21,005 bases of DNA from a candidate division WOR-3 bacterium. GTDB taxonomy: Bacteria > Hydrothermota > Tepidihabitantia > Tepidihabitantales > DTDR01. The first letter of the stretch is position 1. Each line of letters starts with the position of its first letter. This document shows, one piece after another, positions 15,851 through 21,005 of this stretch. Both the position numbers and the translations under genes were made by a program. The DNA lies in assembly GCA_039801885.1 (NCBI GenBank), contig JBDRVN010000030.1:1-21005 (forward strand). Direction: 5' to 3'. The notes beneath the pieces were generated by a model that worked only from the letters and a program-made list of their open reading frames with translations, made no database searches and was not told the DNA's origin.

Positions 15851-17929
15851 TTATATCACCCTTGCCAATTCCACTTTGTCGGCAAATTTCCTTAATAAAT
15901 TCTCTTTGATTATCCTGTTTTCAAATTTTATTAAATTTGGGTCTTCTTCAATTATTTTGAAGGCATCCCTTTTTGCCATTAATAATAAATCTTTATCTTT
16001 TATCAAATCGGCAATCTTAAATTCCGGTAATCCGTGCTGTCGGGTGCCAAAGAATTCACCCGGACCTCTTAATTCTAAATCTTTTTCTGCCAGATAAAAA
16101 CCGTCATCACTTTTGACAAAATAACTTAATCTCAATAGAATTTTTTCATCGCTGATATTGGGTAATATTAAAAAGCAGTAAGAATCTTTTTCGCCTCGGC
16201 CAATCCTTCCCCTTAACTGGTGTAATTGGGCAAGACCAAACCTTTCCGGATGTTCAATCACCATTATTGAAGCATTAGGAATATCAACACCAACTTCAAT
16301 AACGGTTGTTGTTACTAAAATATGGATATTTCCCTTTTTAAACTCTTCCATTATTCTCATTCTTTCCTCGCTTTTTATTCTGCCGTGGATTAAGGCAACC
16401 TTTAAATCAGGAAAAGTATTTTTTATCTCTTCATAAACCTTGGTTGCCGCCCTTAAAGTTAATTTTTCACTCTCTTCAATTGTTGGACATACCCAATATA
16501 CCTGATTACCTTCTAAACATCCTTTTCTTATTTTTTCAACCAGTCTTTCTCTTGCTTTTACACTGATTAATTTCGTAATCACCTTTCCTCTGCCCGGTGG
16601 TTTTTCTGGTATGGTTGAAATGTCTAAATCACCATAAAGAATATAACTTAAAGTTCTTGGTATCGGTGTAGCGGTCATAACCAAAAAATGGGGATTATTA
16701 CCTTTGGCAAGTAAAGTGGCTCTTTGCATAACACCAAATCGATGTTGTTCATCAACAATCACTAACCCCAAATTTTTAAAATTAACATCACCTTCTAATA
16801 AAGCATGGGTACCAAAAACCAAATCAATCTCACCTTGGCTAATTTTTAAACATATTTTTTCTTTCTCTCTTTTACTAACACTGCTTGTTAATAAAGCACT
16901 CCTGACATTTAACTTTAAAAGTTCTTTACACCAATTAAAGAAATGTTGCTCAGCCAGGATTTCAGTTGGTGCCATCATTGCTACTTGATAGCCATTTTCA
17001 ATCGCGATTAATGAGGTATAAAGAGCAATTACGGTCTTGCCGCTACCGACATCTCCTTGAAGCAGTCTTGTCATACTTTTTCCTTTTCTTAAATCTTCTT
17101 CAATCTCTTTTATGACTTTTATTTGGGAAGGGGTTAATTGGAAAGGTAGATTATTAAGGAATTTCTTGGTTAATTCACCATCAGTCTTAAAAGTCGGCGA
17201 AGTTTTTAATTCTTCATACTTCTTTTTATTTAAGGCTAAAATAAGTTCAAAATAGAAAAGTTCAGAATAGGCTAATCTTTTTCTTGCCCTTTCCGCCTCT
17301 TTTAAATCTTCTGGAAAATGGATTTTTTTAAAGGATTCCCTTTTAGAATAAAAAGAGTATTTATTGATAATTTCTAAAGGCATGTCTTCTTCAATTAAAG
17401 AATAAGTTTTTTCTAATGCCTGTTTTATTGCCCTTCTTATATCCCAGTTAGAAAGTCCTTCGGTTAAAGGATAAATGGGAATGATTGTGCCGGCATATAT
17501 CTTTTTATTTTCGTTTATAAGTTCATAATAGGGATTGACCATCTCCTTTTGTTTGTAAAAATAAATTTTGCCTGAAACAACTAATTCCTGGTCTCTTTGA
17601 AATTTATATCTTAAATCGGGTCGATTAAACCAGACACAATGGAGATAATCAGTTCCATCCGATAAGATAAGTTCAATGACATTGCCTTTTGTTTTTGTCT
17701 TTTTTTCACCAACAAGAATAATCTTACCTTTAATTGTAACTTCTTCGTCAACTTTACAATCCTTTATTTTTTTTATATCCTTTAAATTCCAATAACGATA
17801 GGGAAGATGGTAAAGGAGGTCTTCAACTGTAAAGATATTTAATTTGTAAAAAATTTTTGCCCTTTTTGGTCCAATTCCTTTGAGATATTGGATATCCGAA
17901 TCAAGGGTTAAAAAAGTTTCTTTTTTCAC
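15851..17929 (-). CDS. recG: ATP-dependent DNA helicase RecG
   Basis: LKGIGPKRA, OB wedge, LLQGDVGSGKT, MAPTEILAEQH, VDEQHRFGV, MTATPIPRT, QLHQLRGRIGRG, DLELRGPGE; GTG start overlapping pcm stop. Confidence 0.98.
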   Translation of the reverse strand: MKKETFLTLDSDIQYLKGIGPKRAKIFYKLNIFTVEDLLYHLPYRYWNLKDIKKIKDCKVDEEVTIKGKIILVGEKKTKTKGNVIELILSDGTDYLHCVWFNRPDLRYKFQRDQELVVSGKIYFYKQKEMVNPYYELINENKKIYAGTIIPIYPLTEGLSNWDIRRAIKQALEKTYSLIEEDMPLEIINKYSFYSKRESFKKIHFPEDLKEAERARKRLAYSELFYFELILALNKKKYEELKTSPTFKTDGELTKKFLNNLPFQLTPSQIKVIKEIEEDLRKGKSMTRLLQGDVGSGKTVIALYTSLIAIENGYQVAMMAPTEILAEQHFFNWCKELLKLNVRSALLTSSVSKREKEKICLKISQGEIDLVFGTHALLEGDVNFKNLGLVIVDEQHRFGVMQRATLLAKGNNPHFLVMTATPIPRTLSYILYGDLDISTIPEKPPGRGKVITKLISVKARERLVEKIRKGCLEGNQVYWVCPTIEESEKLTLRAATKVYEEIKNTFPDLKVALIHGRIKSEERMRIMEEFKKGNIHILVTTTVIEVGVDIPNASIMVIEHPERFGLAQLHQLRGRIGRGEKDSYCFLILPNISDEKILLRLSYFVKSDDGFYLAEKDLELRGPGEFFGTRQHGLPEFKIADLIKDKDLLLMAKRDAFKIIEEDPNLIKFENRIIKENLLRKFADKVELARVI

Positions 17930-18651
17930 TTTTCTTCTTGTTCAATTTCAATCTTACCACGCATTGGAACAAAGCGGACATAATCACAAACCTTTTCGAT
18001 TAATTCTCCTTCTTTTTTAGTAAATAATGAAAGGACTTGCATGCCATTTCTTTCCACTGGCGCAACAATTTTACCACCTTCTTTAAGTTGTTCTTTTAAA
18101 GGTTTAGGAATATAAGGCAAGGCACAGGTGATGATTATCTTATCAAAGGGAGCATACTCTTGCCAGCCTTCAAAACCATCGCCCCATTTTACTTTGACAT
18201 TACGATAACCAAGTTCTTTTAATCTTTTTTCAGCCTCCTTTGCTAATTTCTCAATAATTTCAATTGTATAAACTTCTTTTACTAATAACGATAAAACTGC
18301 TGCCTGATAGCCACTACCGGTACCGATCTCCAATACCTTATCACTTGTTTCCGGTTCTAAAAGATAGGTCATTAAGGCAACAATAAAAGGTTGGGAAATA
18401 GTTTGTCCTTCACCAATCGGTAAGGGATAATCATTATAACTTTCATTCTGAAAGGTTTCTGGTACAAAAAGATGTCTCTTTACTTCTTTCATTGCCTTTA
18501 ATATCCGTTGGTCCTTAATTCCTCTTGCCTCAATCTGCTCTTTTACCATCCTTTCCCTTAATTTATTATAATACTCTTCTTTATTCTCTTTTTTCATTTT
18601 GGGACAGAAAAGAAAGAAAAAGATAAAGAAAAATTTTAATATTTTTTTCAT
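17926..18651 (-). CDS. pcm: Protein-L-isoaspartate(D-aspartate) O-methyltransferase
   Basis: RHLFVP, GQTISQPFIVA, VLEIGTGSGYQAA, APFDKII, VRFVPM; hydrophobic N-terminal extension ending in Cys. Confidence 0.95.
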   Translation of the reverse strand: MKKILKFFFIFFFLFCPKMKKENKEEYYNKLRERMVKEQIEARGIKDQRILKAMKEVKRHLFVPETFQNESYNDYPLPIGEGQTISQPFIVALMTYLLEPETSDKVLEIGTGSGYQAAVLSLLVKEVYTIEIIEKLAKEAEKRLKELGYRNVKVKWGDGFEGWQEYAPFDKIIITCALPYIPKPLKEQLKEGGKIVAPVERNGMQVLSLFTKKEGELIEKVCDYVRFVPMRGKIEIEQEEK

Positions 18652-18664
18652 TTAATTTTTTCAA

Positions 18665-20671
18665 TTATTTTCCTTTAATCATCTCTAAAAATTCTTCTTC
18701 ACCGATTATCTTTATTCCCAGTTCTTTTGCCTTATCCAATTTTGAGCCTGGGTCAGCACCACAGATTAAATAGTCTGTCTTCTTGCTAACCGAAGTTGCT
18801 ACATTACCGCCCAGAGATAAAATCAATTCATGGATTTGTTGCCTTGTAAAATTCTTTAAAGTGCCGGTAACAACAAAAGTTTTACCAGTAAGAATCTTCT
18901 TTTCTTCTTTCTTTTCCCTTTCAAAATTTATTCCTACTTCCTTTAATTTATTAATTAATTCAATATTTTCTTTTGTATGGAAAAAGTTATAAATACTTTC
19001 AGCAACAATCGGACCGATACCGCTAATTGATGACAATCTTTCTTTTGATGCCTTCATTAGTTCATCAATATTATTAAAGGCATTTGCCAAGATTTGAGCA
19101 GTTCCTAAACCAATATGTCTAATCCCTAAGGCATATAATACCCGATGGAAAGGACGGTTTTTGCTTTTCTCGATTCCCGCTAATAAATTTTCTGTTGATT
19201 TTTCTCCCATCCTTTCTAACTTTAATATCTCGTTCTTCTTAAATTTTAATTTATAAATATCAGAGAAGTCTTTAATAAAACCTTTATCAACAAAAATCTC
19301 TACCCATTTTTCACCTAATCCTTCAATATCCATTGCTTGACGAGAAGCAAAATGGATAATTCTTCGTTTTATTTGAGCAGGACAACTGGCATTGATACAG
19401 CGATAGGCAACTTCTTCCGCTTCTCTTACTACTTTACCGCCACAAACCGGACAGGTTTCCGGCATTTTAAATTCCTTTTCTTTTCCTGTCCTTTTATCTT
19501 TAACTACCTTTACAACCTGCGGAATAACTTCACCGGCTTTTTCAATAATTACCCAATCACCAATTTTTATATCCTTTCTTTTTATCTCATCATAATTATG
19601 TAAAGTAGCATGGGTGATAGTTGTTCCTGATAAAAAGACCGGTTCAAATTCGGCAACAGGTGTTAAAGTGCCAACCCTGCCAACTTGGACATAAATTCTT
19701 TTTATTTTCGTTGTTGCCTGTTTTGGTGGGTATTTATAAGCCACTGCCCAACGCGGACTTTTGATTGTCTCACCAAGTTCAAACCGATGTTTAAAAGAAT
19801 CTACCTTGATAACAATACCATCAACTTCATAAGGCAAATCTTCTTTTTTATCCTTCCATTCTTCACAGTAAGAAATTACTTCATTAATTGATTTTAATAC
19901 TTCGGAATGGGGAATAATTTTAAAACCGCTCTCTTTTAATTTTTCTAAAACTTGATAATCAGAATCATATTTTTCTGATGGTGGTTTGGGAATAGTATGG
20001 ATAAAGATATCTAAATTTCTTTTTGCTACTTCCTTTGGATCAAGAAGTTTTAAACTACCGGCACAGGCATTTCTTGGATTAGCAAAAAGTGGCTCACCTT
20101 CTTCTTCTCTTTCTCTATTCAATTCTAAAAATTGCTTTTTGGTTAAAAACACTTCTCCCCTTACTTCCATATTTAAAAAATCAGGATTATCGGTTAATAG
20201 ATTAAGGGGTAAAGTTTTAATTGTTTTCAAATTTAAAGTGATATCATCTCCTTTATGACCGTCACCTCTTGTTGCTCCCCGAATAAACTTTCCATCTCGG
20301 TATAACAAAGAAACAGCAACGCCGTCCACTTTCAATTCGCAAAGATAATGAACATTGGGCACACTCTTTCTTATCCTTTTATCAAACTCTTTTAACTCCT
20401 CATAAGAATAGGTATTATCTAAAGAGAGCATTGGAATTTCGTGAATAACCGATTTGAACTCTTTTAAAGGTTCACCACCAACTCTTTGGGTTGGCGAATC
20501 CGGAGTTATTAAATGGGGAAACTTCTTTTCCAATTCCACAAGTTTTTTATAAAGCATATCATATTCATAATCAGAAATAACGGGGTCATTTAAAACATAA
20601 TAACGATAATCATGATACCTTATCTCTTTTCTTAATCTTTCAATCTCCTTTTTTGCCTCTTTTTCATCCAT
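18665..20671 (-). CDS. ligA: NAD-dependent DNA ligase
   Basis: YHDYRYY, ELKVDG (KxDG), RGDG, EVRGE, NPRN, C4 zinc finger, HhH repeats, BRCT; SD GGAGG at 20677-20681. Confidence 0.99.
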   Translation of the reverse strand: MDEKEAKKEIERLRKEIRYHDYRYYVLNDPVISDYEYDMLYKKLVELEKKFPHLITPDSPTQRVGGEPLKEFKSVIHEIPMLSLDNTYSYEELKEFDKRIRKSVPNVHYLCELKVDGVAVSLLYRDGKFIRGATRGDGHKGDDITLNLKTIKTLPLNLLTDNPDFLNMEVRGEVFLTKKQFLELNREREEEGEPLFANPRNACAGSLKLLDPKEVAKRNLDIFIHTIPKPPSEKYDSDYQVLEKLKESGFKIIPHSEVLKSINEVISYCEEWKDKKEDLPYEVDGIVIKVDSFKHRFELGETIKSPRWAVAYKYPPKQATTKIKRIYVQVGRVGTLTPVAEFEPVFLSGTTITHATLHNYDEIKRKDIKIGDWVIIEKAGEVIPQVVKVVKDKRTGKEKEFKMPETCPVCGGKVVREAEEVAYRCINASCPAQIKRRIIHFASRQAMDIEGLGEKWVEIFVDKGFIKDFSDIYKLKFKKNEILKLERMGEKSTENLLAGIEKSKNRPFHRVLYALGIRHIGLGTAQILANAFNNIDELMKASKERLSSISGIGPIVAESIYNFFHTKENIELINKLKEVGINFEREKKEEKKILTGKTFVVTGTLKNFTRQQIHELILSLGGNVATSVSKKTDYLICGADPGSKLDKAKELGIKIIGEEEFLEMIKGK

Positions 20672-20684
20672 TAGTGCCTCCTTT

Positions 20685-21005
20685 TCAAAAGATAACCAAA
20701 TACTCTTCTTCGTTAATAAATTTAATCATCCCAACATTTGGGTCATGTTCAAAAACTAAACACCATTTTTCTTTTTTCGCCTTTTTTAAAAGCTCTTCTT
20801 TAACTTTCATTGTCTCTAAGGGGAATAAGTCGTAGCCCATTATATAAGGGATTTTTAAATGGCTCAAAGTAGGAATTAAATCACCTAAATAACAGCAGGT
20901 TTCTCCTTCACTTTGGATTAGAACAATTTGATGACCAACAGTATGCCCACCAGTTTTTATTAAATAAATACCATCAGTAATCTTCTCATCATCAGGAAAT
21001 TTAAA
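20685..21005 (-). CDS. MBL-fold metallo-hydrolase (YtnP-like), 5'-truncated by window edge
   Basis: Frame open from 21005: ...TGGHTVGHQIVLI...YLGDLIPT.SHL...MGYDLFP...LVFEHDP. Confidence 0.88.
   Translation of the reverse strand, partial: FKFPDDEKITDGIYLIKTGGHTVGHQIVLIQSEGETCCYLGDLIPTLSHLKIPYIMGYDLFPLETMKVKEELLKKAKKEKWCLVFEHDPNVGMIKFINEEEYLVIF

Noticed and set aside
15876-20835. Plus-strand ORFs over recG, ligA and the MBL gene
   Set aside because: Antisense shadows of conserved genes.
15851-21005. MBL-ligA-pcm-recG as a novel repair or defence system
   Set aside because: Ordinary housekeeping genes with intact canonical motifs; adjacency is expected in a compact genome.

Overview
AT-rich, densely packed bacterial chromosome segment with no RNA genes, CRISPR array or recognisable transposase/integrase. 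A T9SS C-terminal sorting domain and very short signal peptides suggest an FCB-group organism, possibly WOR-3-like (inference only). Left (+): a translationally coupled operon of a TPR protein (partial), TetR, TolC, a periplasmic adaptor lacking its alpha-hairpin (BesA-like) and an AcrB-family RND pump. The rest is a minus-strand run (MBL hydrolase, ligA, pcm, recG, GT-C-type membrane protein, tldD, tldE/pmbA, small membrane protein) interrupted by two plus-strand two-gene cassettes. The cassettes are the most unusual feature. Each starts with a near-identical ~108-bp promoter/5'UTR/SD module (10012-10119 and 13649-13757), then has a small Cys-containing secreted orphan, an intrinsic-terminator-like hairpin, and a larger secreted beta-propeller-type protein. 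The cargo genes show no visible similarity between cassettes. Upstream of cassette 1 is a ~170-bp array of palindromes and repeated TAAGT-N15-ACTTA units.
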